From Candidatus Galloscillospira stercoripullorum (lineage in GTDB: Bacteria > Bacillota > Clostridia > Oscillospirales > Oscillospiraceae), in the NCBI GenBank assembly GCA_018715695.1, contig DVLB01000027.1, positions 6,728-70,727 on the forward strand: a DNA stretch of 64,000 nucleotides, written 5' to 3'. The notes below the pieces were generated by a model. The model had not been told where the DNA came from. It saw only the letters and a program-made list of their open reading frames with translations, and did not search any database. The translations under genes were made by a program, and so were the position numbers. Below are positions 37,955-47,096 of this stretch, piece after piece (position 1 is the stretch's first letter; every line of letters starts with the position of its first letter).

Positions 37955-38827
37955 ATGGCTGACGGCATCCTCATCATCGACAAGCCCTCCGGGTGGACAA
38001 GCATGGACGTGTGCGCCAAGCTGCGGGGCGTGTTCCACGAAAAGCGCATCGGCCACGGCGGCACTCTGGACCCCATGGCCACGGGGGTGCTGCCCGTCTT
38101 CATCGGCCGGGCCACCCGGGCAGTGGAGTTTGCGGACAAATCCGACAAGGAATATGTGGCCCAGTTACAACTGGGCGTGATCACCAACACCCAGGATATG
38201 AGCGGCACGGTACTGGAGCAGCGGCCGGTTTCCGTGACGGAGGAGGCGCTGGACGGGGCACTCTCCCTCTTCCGGGGGGAGATCGACCAGGTGCCCCCCA
38301 TGTACTCCGCCATCAAGATCGGCGGACAGAAGCTCTACGAGCTGGCCCGGAAGGGCCATGAGGTGGAGCGGCCGCCCCGGCGGGTCACCATCCGCTCCCT
38401 GACGGTGGAGAGGCGGGAGGCTCCCGACCGCTTCACCCTGCGCGTGCGCTGTTCTAAAGGTACCTATGTACGCACCCTCTGCCACGACATCGGGCAGGCC
38501 CTGGGCTGCGGCGGGTGCATGGCCTCTTTGCGCCGGACCGAGGCGGCGGGCTTTTCTTTGTCAGACGCCGTTACCCTGGAGCAGGTGCTTGAGGCCGAAG
38601 ATCCCCTTGCCCTCCTGCTGCCGGTGGACGCCTATTTTGCCGGCCGGCCCATGCTCATCCTGCGGGGAGCGGAGGAGAAGAAGCTGCGCAACGGCATGAC
38701 CCTGACCGCCCCGCCGCAGCTCTCCCCGGGCGAGCTGCGCGTCTATGGCGAGAACGGGGAATTCCTCGCCCTGTGCCGCTGCGACGGTGGGCGGCTGATT
38801 ACCATCAAAAGTTTTTTCAAGGTGTGA
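37955..38827 (+). CDS. truB: tRNA pseudouridine(55) synthase
   Basis: MADGILIIDKPSGWTSMDV...HGGTLDPMATGVLPV. GGGAGG lies 6 nt before the ATG at 37955. Confidence 0.92.
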   Translation: MADGILIIDKPSGWTSMDVCAKLRGVFHEKRIGHGGTLDPMATGVLPVFIGRATRAVEFADKSDKEYVAQLQLGVITNTQDMSGTVLEQRPVSVTEEALDGALSLFRGEIDQVPPMYSAIKIGGQKLYELARKGHEVERPPRRVTIRSLTVERREAPDRFTLRVRCSKGTYVRTLCHDIGQALGCGGCMASLRRTEAAGFSLSDAVTLEQVLEAEDPLALLLPVDAYFAGRPMLILRGAEEKKLRNGMTLTAPPQLSPGELRVYGENGEFLALCRCDGGRLITIKSFFKV

Positions 38828-38835
38828 TAAAATCC

Positions 38836-39744
38836 ATGAACAACCCCAAACGCGTCATCGCCCTAGGCTTCTTCGACGGGGTCCACCTGGGTCACGGAGC
38901 GCTCCTCCGCCGGGTTTCAGAAGCCGCCGAAGTCCTGGGCGCCACCCCCGCGGCTTTCACCTTTGACCGCCATCCCGGCAGTGCCATCACCGGACACCCC
39001 ACCCCCCTGCTCACCTCGGTGGAGGACCGGGCGGGGCTCATGCGCCGGCTCTACGGCATCCAGGAGGTCATCGTGGCCCCCTTTGAAGCTATGCAGCGCA
39101 TGGACTGGGAGGACTTTGTGACCGACTACCTCTCCCGGGAGCTGGGCGTGGTCCATGCGGTGGCGGGGCATGACTTCCACTTCGGCTACATGGGCCAGGG
39201 CAGTCCCGAGCGGCTGAAGGCCAAGTGCGCTCAGCTGGGCATGGGCTGCGACATCATCCCCCCGGTGACGGTAGAGGGCCGGACGGTCTCCTCCACCTAC
39301 ATCCGCACGCTGGTTGCCCAGGGGGAGATGGAGCGCTCGGCCCTGTTCCTGGGCCACCCCTATACCCTCACCGACACCGTCTCCCACGGCAAGAAGCTGG
39401 GCTCCACCCTGGGCTTCCCCACGGTGAACCTCCGCTTCCAGCCCGGAGTGCTGGTTCCCGCCCGGGGCGTGTACGCCACCCGGGTGTGGTTTGAAAACGG
39501 GGAGAGCCGTCTTGCCGTCACCAACGTGGGAGTGCGTCCCACGGTGGACGAGAACGGCGAAGTCAATGTGGAGGGCTATCTTCTGGACTTTGACGGCGAT
39601 CTCTACGGGCAGCGCGTGCGCATGGAGTTTTTCCGCCACCTGCGCGGTGAGGAGAAATTTCCTTCCCTGGAGGCGCTGCGCCGGGAGGTGGAGCACAACG
39701 CCCAGCAGACCCGGGACTATTTCGCAAACCTCCCTCAGCAATAA
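38836..39744 (+). CDS. ribF: Bifunctional riboflavin kinase / FMN adenylyltransferase
   Basis: Start at MNNPKRVIALGFFDGVHLGH. The C-terminal kinase region has GFPTVN...GVY...EGYLLDF motifs. Confidence 0.9.
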   Translation: MNNPKRVIALGFFDGVHLGHGALLRRVSEAAEVLGATPAAFTFDRHPGSAITGHPTPLLTSVEDRAGLMRRLYGIQEVIVAPFEAMQRMDWEDFVTDYLSRELGVVHAVAGHDFHFGYMGQGSPERLKAKCAQLGMGCDIIPPVTVEGRTVSSTYIRTLVAQGEMERSALFLGHPYTLTDTVSHGKKLGSTLGFPTVNLRFQPGVLVPARGVYATRVWFENGESRLAVTNVGVRPTVDENGEVNVEGYLLDFDGDLYGQRVRMEFFRHLRGEEKFPSLEALRREVEHNAQQTRDYFANLPQQ

Positions 39745-39790
39745 AAAGAGCGCGCAGGCCGCTTGGCCTGCGCGCTCTCTTCATTTTCTT
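39744..39790. terminator. Bidirectional terminator (ribF / LCP gene)
   Basis: AGAGCGCGCAGGCC-GCTT-GGCCTGCGCGCTCT with an A-run on the left and a T-rich tract on the right. Confidence 0.75.
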
Positions 39791-40904
39791 AAGCGGCGGG
39801 TTTCTGGAAGATGTTGAGTTCCTCCAGCTCCAGGTCCTCCTCATAGGGGTTGAGAATGGTGTTGACCGTCTCCAGCGTCTTGTCGGGGTAGAGCTGGTAG
39901 ACACTGGCTCCCTTGTAGCTCACCGCGCCGTTGCCCTCCAGGGTGGCAGTGGTGATGTTGTTGGGAAGGTCCACACTCTGATAGGCCTTGCTGGCAAACC
40001 AGAGCATGTCGTTGACGGTCAGATTGGTGGTGACGTTCTCGTTGGCGATCTCGATGTACTCGTTGATCCTGGTAAGGCTCCCCCAGGAGAGCATCTTCTT
40101 CCCGATGGCCATGAGCAGCTGCTGCTGGGTGCGGGTACGGCCGATGTCCGAATCGGGGTAGGCGGCGTAGTAGCCGCCGTTGACGTTGGGGTCCCCGTCG
40201 TTGTTCTGGCGGCAACGGGCGATCTCCATGACCTGCTGTCCGGTAAGGCCGTAGTACATCTGGGGCTCATAGTGGATATGCAGATTTTGGGTAGGATCGT
40301 CGTAGCTCATGTGGACGGGGACCTGGAAGTCAATGCCGCCCACCGCGTCCACCAGGCGGATGAAGCCGTTGAGGTTGACCCGGACGGTATAGTCGATGGG
40401 GATACCCAGCAGATCGGTCACCGCCGCCTTAAGCTCATCCATGCCGCCGTAAGAGTTGGCGGCGTTGATCTTGATGTAGCTGTGGCCGTTTACCTCCCGG
40501 TTGACCAGGGTGTCCCGGGGGATGGAGACCATGCCCACGGACTGGTTCGGCACGTCGTAGGTGACCACCATGATGGTGTCGGTATTGCCACCGGTGGCAT
40601 CGGTGGCCGCCAGCAGGAAGGTATAGACCTGCTTGCGCCGCTCATGGACCGGCCCGGGGTCCGGGGTGAGCTGGCTCTCATCGATCTCGGTATTGGGATC
40701 GTCGGTGGGCGTGTCCACACCGGCGGTGGGCGGGGCAGCCATCTCAGGCTCCCGGATGGCCAGCACCACTCCCACATAGACCGCTACAATGATGGCCGAG
40801 ATTACCACCAAGGTCCGATATGCGTACCGGAGGACCCGCTGCCAGACGGGACTGCCCGGTTTCTTTTTCTGTACGCGCTTTCCTTGCGTGGTCACTGTGC
40901 TCAC
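39789..40904 (-). CDS. LCP-family (LytR-CpsA-Psr) cell-envelope glycopolymer transferase
   Basis: N-terminal TM anchor and TDTIMVVTYD...VSIPRDT motifs. Confidence 0.85.
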   Translation of the reverse strand: MSTVTTQGKRVQKKKPGSPVWQRVLRYAYRTLVVISAIIVAVYVGVVLAIREPEMAAPPTAGVDTPTDDPNTEIDESQLTPDPGPVHERRKQVYTFLLAATDATGGNTDTIMVVTYDVPNQSVGMVSIPRDTLVNREVNGHSYIKINAANSYGGMDELKAAVTDLLGIPIDYTVRVNLNGFIRLVDAVGGIDFQVPVHMSYDDPTQNLHIHYEPQMYYGLTGQQVMEIARCRQNNDGDPNVNGGYYAAYPDSDIGRTRTQQQLLMAIGKKMLSWGSLTRINEYIEIANENVTTNLTVNDMLWFASKAYQSVDLPNNITTATLEGNGAVSYKGASVYQLYPDKTLETVNTILNPYEEDLELEELNIFQKPAA

Positions 40905-41021
40905 CTTTTCCTCTGTTGTGGGGTTATGTCAACGATGTGCTTTCTTAGTATACTGAATTTGACGACATTCGGCAAGGGAAAGTTGCATCCTTTATAATTT
41001 TTTCATTTTTCCCATGGCCGG

Positions 41022-41357
41022 TCACGGCCCTTCCCGTCCAGCCAGCAGGGCAGTGGCCAGGGCTCCCTGCCCCTCCTGCAGCTGCTGCAGGAGCAGATTC
41101 TGCCGACATTCCTCTTCCAGCAGCCGTCCCAGCAGCAGGTTCTGCTCCCGGATCAGGCAGGACAGGCACTCTCCGCCGGCCTGGGGGACAAAAGCTGGAT
41201 TGGGGTAGCGGCGCATGGGGACCTCCTCCGCTGCCCTCTCCGCCTCATGCGCTGCAGCGCGCAGTTCTTCCGCCGCGGCACGCAGCTTTTCCTCCGCGCT
41301 GCGGCAGCTTTGCTCCGTGTTTCTCACCATAGGGCATACCCTCCATTTCTGAGCCAT
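41022..41357 (-). CDS. Hypothetical coiled-coil protein
   Basis: The evidence is the ORF only. It has Ala/Glu/Leu-rich heptad-like stretches, an uncertain start and no recognisable family. Confidence 0.35.
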   Translation of the reverse strand: MAQKWRVCPMVRNTEQSCRSAEEKLRAAAEELRAAAHEAERAAEEVPMRRYPNPAFVPQAGGECLSCLIREQNLLLGRLLEEECRQNLLLQQLQEGQGALATALLAGREGP

Positions 41358-41411
41358 TCTATGCCGCTCTCACCCATTGCGGGACAAAAGAAGAAAAAAG
41401 CCGCCCCCCAC

Positions 41412-41441
41412 TTGACATTCCGCATTTCCGGGGGGTATCAT
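41412..41441 (+). promoter_or_regulatory. Candidate promoter of the ABC transporter operon
   Basis: TTGACA, an 18-nt spacer, then TATCAT, about 90 nt upstream of the lipoprotein gene. Confidence 0.45.
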
Positions 41442-41528
41442 TTTTCTGTTAGTCACATTACGCTGCCGGCAGCCCTGTGTTTCCGCAGCGTCTTTTGTCC
41501 CACAGTCTGCACAGAAAGGAATCTCGCC

Positions 41529-42584
41529 ATGAAACGACTCACTTTTCCGGCCCTGGTCCTGACCCTGGGTCTCCTGCTCACCGGCTGCGTGGGGAATCCT
41601 CAGCCCTCTCCCACCGCCGATCCCACCCCGTCTCCCACCGCCACGCCCACCCAGGCACCCACCACTTCCCCCACCGCCGGCGATGACCGCCCGGTGGTCA
41701 ATGTGGTCATGCTCAGCGGCCCCACGGGCATGGGCTCGGCCAAGCTCATGGCCGACGCCGAGGCCGGGACCACCGCCCTTGACTACCGCTTCACCGTGGA
41801 CCCCGACGCCACCGCCATCCCCGCCAAGCTCACCAGCGGCGAGGTGGACATCGCCGCCATTCCCACCAACGTGGCCGCCAACCTGTTCAACAAGACCGGC
41901 GATGTCCAGATGCTGGCCCTCAACACCCTGGGCGTGCTCTATATCCTGGAGCAGGGGGACTCCATCTCCTCCATGACCGACCTGATCGGCAAGACCATCT
42001 ACGCCCCTGCCAACACCCGGGGCGCCAACCCTGAGTTTGTGCTCAACTTCCTGCTGGAGCAAAACGGGCTCACCCCCGGGACCGACGTGACCATCGAGTG
42101 GCTGGCCGCCGATGAGCTCACCGCCCAGGCCGCCAGCGGCGATATTGACGTGTGTATGCTTCCCGTGCCTGCCGCCACCACCGTGCTCATGAAAAACAGC
42201 GACATGTGCCAGGCCCTGGACCTCACCGAGGAGTGGGACCTGACCGTCACCGACGGCAGCGTGCTCACCATGGGCTGCGTGGTGGCCCGTACCGAATTCA
42301 TTGAGGCCAACCCCGGCGTGGTGGATACCTTCCTCACCGAGTATGCCGCCTCCATCTCCTACGTCCGGGATAACGCCGAGGAGGCCTCCGAGCTGGTGGC
42401 CCAGTACGGCATCACGCCCAGCGCCGCCATCGCCGCCGCCGCCATCCCCCAGGCCAACCTGGTGTGCGTCACGGGGCTTGACATGGCCGCCTCCATCCAG
42501 GGCTACTACGAGGTGCTCTGGGCCGCCGATCCCACCTCTATCGGCGGCAGCATCCCCTCTGACGGGCTTTACTATGTCCCCTGA
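41529..42584 (+). CDS. ABC transporter substrate-binding lipoprotein (NMT1/THI5-like, NitT/TauT family)
   Basis: Start at MKRLTFPALVLTLGLLLTGC (lipobox), a Pro/Thr linker and a periplasmic-binding fold. A permease and an ATPase follow. Confidence 0.8.
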   Translation: MKRLTFPALVLTLGLLLTGCVGNPQPSPTADPTPSPTATPTQAPTTSPTAGDDRPVVNVVMLSGPTGMGSAKLMADAEAGTTALDYRFTVDPDATAIPAKLTSGEVDIAAIPTNVAANLFNKTGDVQMLALNTLGVLYILEQGDSISSMTDLIGKTIYAPANTRGANPEFVLNFLLEQNGLTPGTDVTIEWLAADELTAQAASGDIDVCMLPVPAATTVLMKNSDMCQALDLTEEWDLTVTDGSVLTMGCVVARTEFIEANPGVVDTFLTEYAASISYVRDNAEEASELVAQYGITPSAAIAAAAIPQANLVCVTGLDMAASIQGYYEVLWAADPTSIGGSIPSDGLYYVP

Positions 42585-43419
42585 CCGTGCCGCCGGGAAA
42601 AACCGGCGGTCCCTTGCCCGCCGGGCGGCGGTGGTGGTGTTCTGGCTGGTGGTGTGGCAGGCTCTGGCCATGTTCACCGCCCGGGAGTCCATCGCCCAGG
42701 CGCTGACCCAGGGCAGCATGAGCGAGCTGCTGCGCGCCCTGGAGCAGGGGCATATTCTGCTGCTGCCCGCCCCCGTTCTGGTGGCGGAGACCCTGTTCTC
42801 CCTGGCCCTCACCCCCTCCTTCTGGGCCATCACGGCCGCGTCGCTGCTGCGCATCTTCTCCGGCTTCGTGGCCGGGGCGGTCCTGGGCGGGCTGATCGCC
42901 TGCCTGACCGCCTTCCTCCCCTGGGCTGACACACTCTTTTCCCCCCTCATCCGCATTATCCGGGCCACCCCGGTGGCCTCCTTTATCGTGCTCATATTGC
43001 TCTGGGTGCGCACCGGCATGGTGCCCGGGGTCATCTCGGCCCTGATGGTGCTGCCGGTGGTGTGGGGTAATGTCCACGCCGGTCTCGTCTCCGCCGATGG
43101 ACAGCTTCTGGAGATGGCGGACGCCTACTCTCTGGGCCCCTGGCGCACCCTGGGCCTGGTGCGTCTGCCCTCTGCCCTGCCCCACTTCGCCAGCGGCTGC
43201 ACCACCGCCCTGGGTCTTGCGTGGAAGTCGGGCGTGGCCGCCGAGGTGCTGTGTCTGCCCCGGCAGGCCATCGGCACACAGGTGTACTACTCCAAGCTCT
43301 CCCTGGAGACCCCTGCCCTCTTCGCCTGGACGGCGGTGGTCATCGTGCTGAGCTTCGCCCTGGAGAGCCTGCTGCGCCGAGCCCTGGAGCGGCTGAAGGG
43401 AGGACGGCGATGGAAGTAA
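42574..43419 (+). CDS. ABC transporter permease (NitT/TauT family)
   Basis: Start at [10 protein letters not shown] overlapping the upstream stop. It has 6 TM segments and a BPD_transp_1-like loop. Confidence 0.8.
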   Translation: MSPDRAAGKNRRSLARRAAVVVFWLVVWQALAMFTARESIAQALTQGSMSELLRALEQGHILLLPAPVLVAETLFSLALTPSFWAITAASLLRIFSGFVAGAVLGGLIACLTAFLPWADTLFSPLIRIIRATPVASFIVLILLWVRTGMVPGVISALMVLPVVWGNVHAGLVSADGQLLEMADAYSLGPWRTLGLVRLPSALPHFASGCTTALGLAWKSGVAAEVLCLPRQAIGTQVYYSKLSLETPALFAWTAVVIVLSFALESLLRRALERLKGGRRWK

Positions 43420-43985
43420 AGGACCTGCACGTCTCCTTTGGAGACAAGGCAGTGCTCAGCCGCTTCTCCCTCACCCTGCCTGACCGGGGCATCACCGCCC
43501 TGTCCGGCCCCTCGGGCTGCGGCAAGACCACCCTGCTGCGGGTAATGGCGGGGCTGGAGAGCGGCGGCGGGACGGTGTCCCTGCCGGGCCGGGCGGCCCT
43601 GCTTTTTCAGGAGGACCGGCTGCTGCCCTGGCTCACGGCGGAGCAGAACATCGCCGCCGTGCTCCCCCGCGCGCTTCGGAGCGAAGCGGGGCGCTTTCTC
43701 GCCCTCACCGAGCTGGAGGAAGAGGGAGGCGTCTACCCCGGGGAGCTCTCCGGCGGCATGGGCCGGCGACTCTCTCTGGCCCGTGCCCTGGCCCTGGGCC
43801 GGGAGGTGCTGCTGCTGGACGAGCCCTTCACCGGGGTGGACCTGCCCCGCGCGTCGCGTATCCTGGATCGCATCCGCGCCCTGGAGGTCCCGGTGGTGCT
43901 CACCAGTCATGAGCCCGGCATCCTCGCCCTGTGCGACGCCGTCTTTTCTCTGGACGGCCCGCCCCTGCGCCTCATATCCCCCTGA
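43410..43985 (+). CDS. ABC transporter ATP-binding protein
   Basis: Start at MEVKDLHV. Walker [10 protein letters not shown], signature LSGGMGRRL and Walker B LLLDEP. Confidence 0.85.
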   Translation: MEVKDLHVSFGDKAVLSRFSLTLPDRGITALSGPSGCGKTTLLRVMAGLESGGGTVSLPGRAALLFQEDRLLPWLTAEQNIAAVLPRALRSEAGRFLALTELEEEGGVYPGELSGGMGRRLSLARALALGREVLLLDEPFTGVDLPRASRILDRIRALEVPVVLTSHEPGILALCDAVFSLDGPPLRLISP

Positions 43986-44153
43986 AACCCTTGTCTCCCA
44001 ACGCCGGAGCGCACCAGTGCGCCCCGGCGTTTTTTCGTCTTCCGCCCCTTTCCTCCCCTGCCAGTTTGACACAAGGGGTCCCTTTTCCTTGCTTTTTGCC
44101 GCTATTTGTCGTATCCTCTAGGTATATCTCAACAAAGGCAAGGAACGAATGGT

Positions 44154-46154
44154 ATGAATCTGCTCACCTCTCCCACGCCCACCATCACCCCCTGGGACAA
44201 GCTCCCCGTCGCCGTATGGAAGCGGGGTCTCATCGTGGCGGCTGTCTCCGCCGTCGCCCTTTTCTCCGCGCTGATGGTCTGGGGCGGCTTCCCCTGGGCC
44301 GTGTGCCTGGGGTGGGCCCTGGCGGTGTTCGTCCTCATCCCCCTGCGGCTGCGCCTGGGGGAAAAGGCTGCGCTCTGGCTGGGCCGGCTGTGCTTTGTGC
44401 TCTACCCCTTCGCGGGCTTTTGCACCGTGGAATTTCTCAGCGGCCTGGACCCCTTTGCCACGCTCTCCCCACTGTATCTGGCCCTCAACCTGGCCTTCTA
44501 CTACCTGATCGCCCTGCTGCTCTACCTCATCACCGGCCGCACCAAGCTCTCCGCCGGCATCTCCCTGGGGCTGTTCTGGTTCATCGGCCTGGCCAACTGC
44601 TATGTCTACACCTTCCGGGGCCGGGCCATTGTGCCGGGGGACCTGCTCACCCTGGGCACCGCCGCCAACGTGGCCGGGAACTACGACTTCACCCCCTCCG
44701 CCCCCCAGGTACTCTCGGCGCTCCTCTGCCTGGTGCTGGTGCTGGCGCTGGCGGTCCTCCCCCGGCAGAAGGGCCGCGCCCAGCTGCGTCTGCGCTCGGC
44801 CTTGCCGGTGGGCGCGGCGGCTCTGGCATTTTTGATCGGCTTTTTCGCCACGCCCCTGCTCTCGGCCAAGGGGATACAGCCCTCGGGCTGGGACACCCGG
44901 ACCGACGGCTTCGCCCTTCACTTTGCCCTGTGCATTTACTACTCCTCGGCGGACAAGCCCCAGGGCTATTCCCAGCAGGCCCTGGACGCCATCGTGGACA
45001 GCCTGCCCGACTCCCAGAGCGCCATTGGGGACGGCACGGCGGACACCGAGCCCGTCAATGTCATCGTCATCATGAATGAGTCCTTCTCCGACCTCTCGGT
45101 GCTGGGGGTGGAGACCAACCGGGACCCGCTCTCCTTCTACCACTCCCTGACGGAGAATACCATCAAGGGCTACGCCTACTCCTCGGTCTTCGGCGGCACC
45201 ACCGCCAACTCCGAATACGAGTTTCTCACCGGCCACACCATGGCCTTCCTGCCCCCCGGCACCGTGCCCTACCAGATGTATGTGGAGCCGGGGGCAGACT
45301 CCCTGGTGGGTCAGATGGACGACTTGGGCTACACCACCATCGCCATGCACCCCTTCTACGCCTCGGGCTGGAACCGCCCCACGGTCTACGCCGACTTTGG
45401 CTTTGACCAGGTCCTCTTCTACGACTCCTACCAGAACGCCTCCTGGATTCGTGCCTTCATCTCCGACCAGTCCAACTACGAGAACATCGTGCGGCTGTGC
45501 GAGGAGAAGGAGGAGGGAGAGAAGCTCTTCTTCTTCAACGTGACCATGCAAAACCACGGCTCCTACGATCAGGAGTGGGTCAACCTGCCCCGGGAGGTGT
45601 GGCTCACCGGGGAGCTGGAGGGGCTCTATCCCACGGTGGACCAGTTCCTCTCCCTGATGTACCAGAGCGACCTGGCCCTGGAGTACCTGGTAAACTACTT
45701 TTCTCAATCTGAGGAGCCCACGGTGATCCTCCTCTTCGGGGACCATCAGCCCCAGGTCTACGGCACCTTCTACGAGGACGTGCTGGGCACCGATCTGGAC
45801 GCGGAGACCGCCCAGCGCAAGCAGGCGGTGCCCTTCCTTCTCTGGGCCAACTACGACATCCCTGAGGCCGACGGCATGGAGCTGTCCATCAACTACCTCT
45901 CCTCTCTGCTCACCGAGTGCGCGGGCATTCCCCAGACCAGCTACCAGCGCTTCCTCGCAGCGCTTTGGGCGGAGGTGCCGGTGGTCAACGCGGTGGGCTT
46001 CCTGGACGGCGACGGGACGTGGAGCTACGACGCCACCCAGCTCTCTCAGGACGCGCAGCAGGGCCTCGCGTCCTACGAGATGCTCCAGTATAACGCCCTG
46101 TTTGAATCGCCCCGCAGCCGCCTGGAGGACTTCTTCTCCCGGCCCTCTACCTGA
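44154..46154 (+). CDS. LTA-synthase-family sulfatase-like membrane enzyme (LtaS-like)
   Basis: N-terminal block of at least 5 TM segments and an extracellular sulfatase domain (NVIVIMNESFSD, FGDHQP). Confidence 0.8.
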   Translation: MNLLTSPTPTITPWDKLPVAVWKRGLIVAAVSAVALFSALMVWGGFPWAVCLGWALAVFVLIPLRLRLGEKAALWLGRLCFVLYPFAGFCTVEFLSGLDPFATLSPLYLALNLAFYYLIALLLYLITGRTKLSAGISLGLFWFIGLANCYVYTFRGRAIVPGDLLTLGTAANVAGNYDFTPSAPQVLSALLCLVLVLALAVLPRQKGRAQLRLRSALPVGAAALAFLIGFFATPLLSAKGIQPSGWDTRTDGFALHFALCIYYSSADKPQGYSQQALDAIVDSLPDSQSAIGDGTADTEPVNVIVIMNESFSDLSVLGVETNRDPLSFYHSLTENTIKGYAYSSVFGGTTANSEYEFLTGHTMAFLPPGTVPYQMYVEPGADSLVGQMDDLGYTTIAMHPFYASGWNRPTVYADFGFDQVLFYDSYQNASWIRAFISDQSNYENIVRLCEEKEEGEKLFFFNVTMQNHGSYDQEWVNLPREVWLTGELEGLYPTVDQFLSLMYQSDLALEYLVNYFSQSEEPTVILLFGDHQPQVYGTFYEDVLGTDLDAETAQRKQAVPFLLWANYDIPEADGMELSINYLSSLLTECAGIPQTSYQRFLAALWAEVPVVNAVGFLDGDGTWSYDATQLSQDAQQGLASYEMLQYNALFESPRSRLEDFFSRPST

Positions 46155-46156
46155 CA

Positions 46157-46219
46157 GCACACGCAAAGGAGCCCGCCCGCGCCGAAATGGCGCAGGCGGG
46201 CTCTTTTGCGTGCTTTTTC
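46157..46219. terminator. Long-stem terminator shared by convergent genes
   Basis: GCACACGCAAAGGAGCCCGCC...GGCGGGCTCTTTTGCGTGC followed by TTTTT. Confidence 0.75.
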
Positions 46220-47030
46220 ACTCCAGCAGATCGGGGCCGGAGAGGTCCATCTTCCGCTTGCGTGAGGCGGAATAGTCCAGTTTTTTCGCCAGGGCCTCCC
46301 GGTCTCCTGAGGCGATGGCCTCGCGGTAGGCGTGGAGGTTGTCCTCCAGCCGGTCCAGGGCGGCGAGGAGGGCGGGCGAGTTCATGGAGAACAGCTGCGT
46401 CCACAGCCCCACATCCAGGGCGGCTACCCGGGTGCAGCCCCGGAAGGAGCTGCCCTCAAAGCCCTTGCAGGTGAAGAGCATGGGATCGTCGCACACGGAC
46501 ACGGCGATGATGTGCATCATCTGGCTGGTGTAGGCCAGGATGGCGTCGTGCTCCTCCGGGGTGGTACGCACCACGTCGGCACAGCCGATGTGGTCGGCCA
46601 GCCGCTCCATAAGAGCCAGGTGCTCGGCGGTGCTGCTCGCCCGGGGGGTGAGGATCAGGTGGGAGCGCTGGAACATCTCGGGGAAGGCGTGCTCGATGCC
46701 GGAGAACTCGGTGCCCGCCATGGGGTGGCAGCCGATGAAGTCCACCCCCTCGGGCAGGACCTCCGCCCCCTCCATGATGGCGGTCTTGACGCCGCACACG
46801 TCGGTGACCAGGCACCCGGCCTTGAAGTCATCCCGGTAGCGGGCCATAAAGTCCACGATGCCCCGGGGGTGCATGCACAAAATGACCACGTCGGCGCGGG
46901 GGAGAACCTCCAGCGCGTTGGCGGTGACGCAGCTGGCCACACCGTGCTCGGAGGCGTAGCGCACCGTGGGCTCGGAGACGTCCACACCCACGATCTCAAA
47001 ATCCTCAAATCCCTTGAGGGCCATGGCCAT
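46218..47030 (-). CDS. tyrA: Prephenate dehydrogenase (the true N-terminus probably lies upstream of the first ATG)
   Basis: CHPMAGTE motif and a TyrA fold. The in-frame sequence upstream of ATG 47030 encodes TIAVIGLGLIGGS, the Rossmann motif, with no ATG/GTG/TTG before it. Confidence 0.85.
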   Translation of the reverse strand: MAMALKGFEDFEIVGVDVSEPTVRYASEHGVASCVTANALEVLPRADVVILCMHPRGIVDFMARYRDDFKAGCLVTDVCGVKTAIMEGAEVLPEGVDFIGCHPMAGTEFSGIEHAFPEMFQRSHLILTPRASSTAEHLALMERLADHIGCADVVRTTPEEHDAILAYTSQMMHIIAVSVCDDPMLFTCKGFEGSSFRGCTRVAALDVGLWTQLFSMNSPALLAALDRLEDNLHAYREAIASGDREALAKKLDYSASRKRKMDLSGPDLLE

Positions 47031-47096
47031 AGAGCCGCCTATCAGTCCCAGGCCAATGACTGCGATGGTTTTTGACGTGCCAGTCTCCCTCCCCGC

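Noticed and set aside
41442-41528. A TPP (THI-box) riboswitch upstream of the NMT1/THI5-like ABC transporter.
   Set aside because: The leader is under 90 nt and lacks the CTGAGA and ACCTGATCTGGATAATGCCAGCG-type core.
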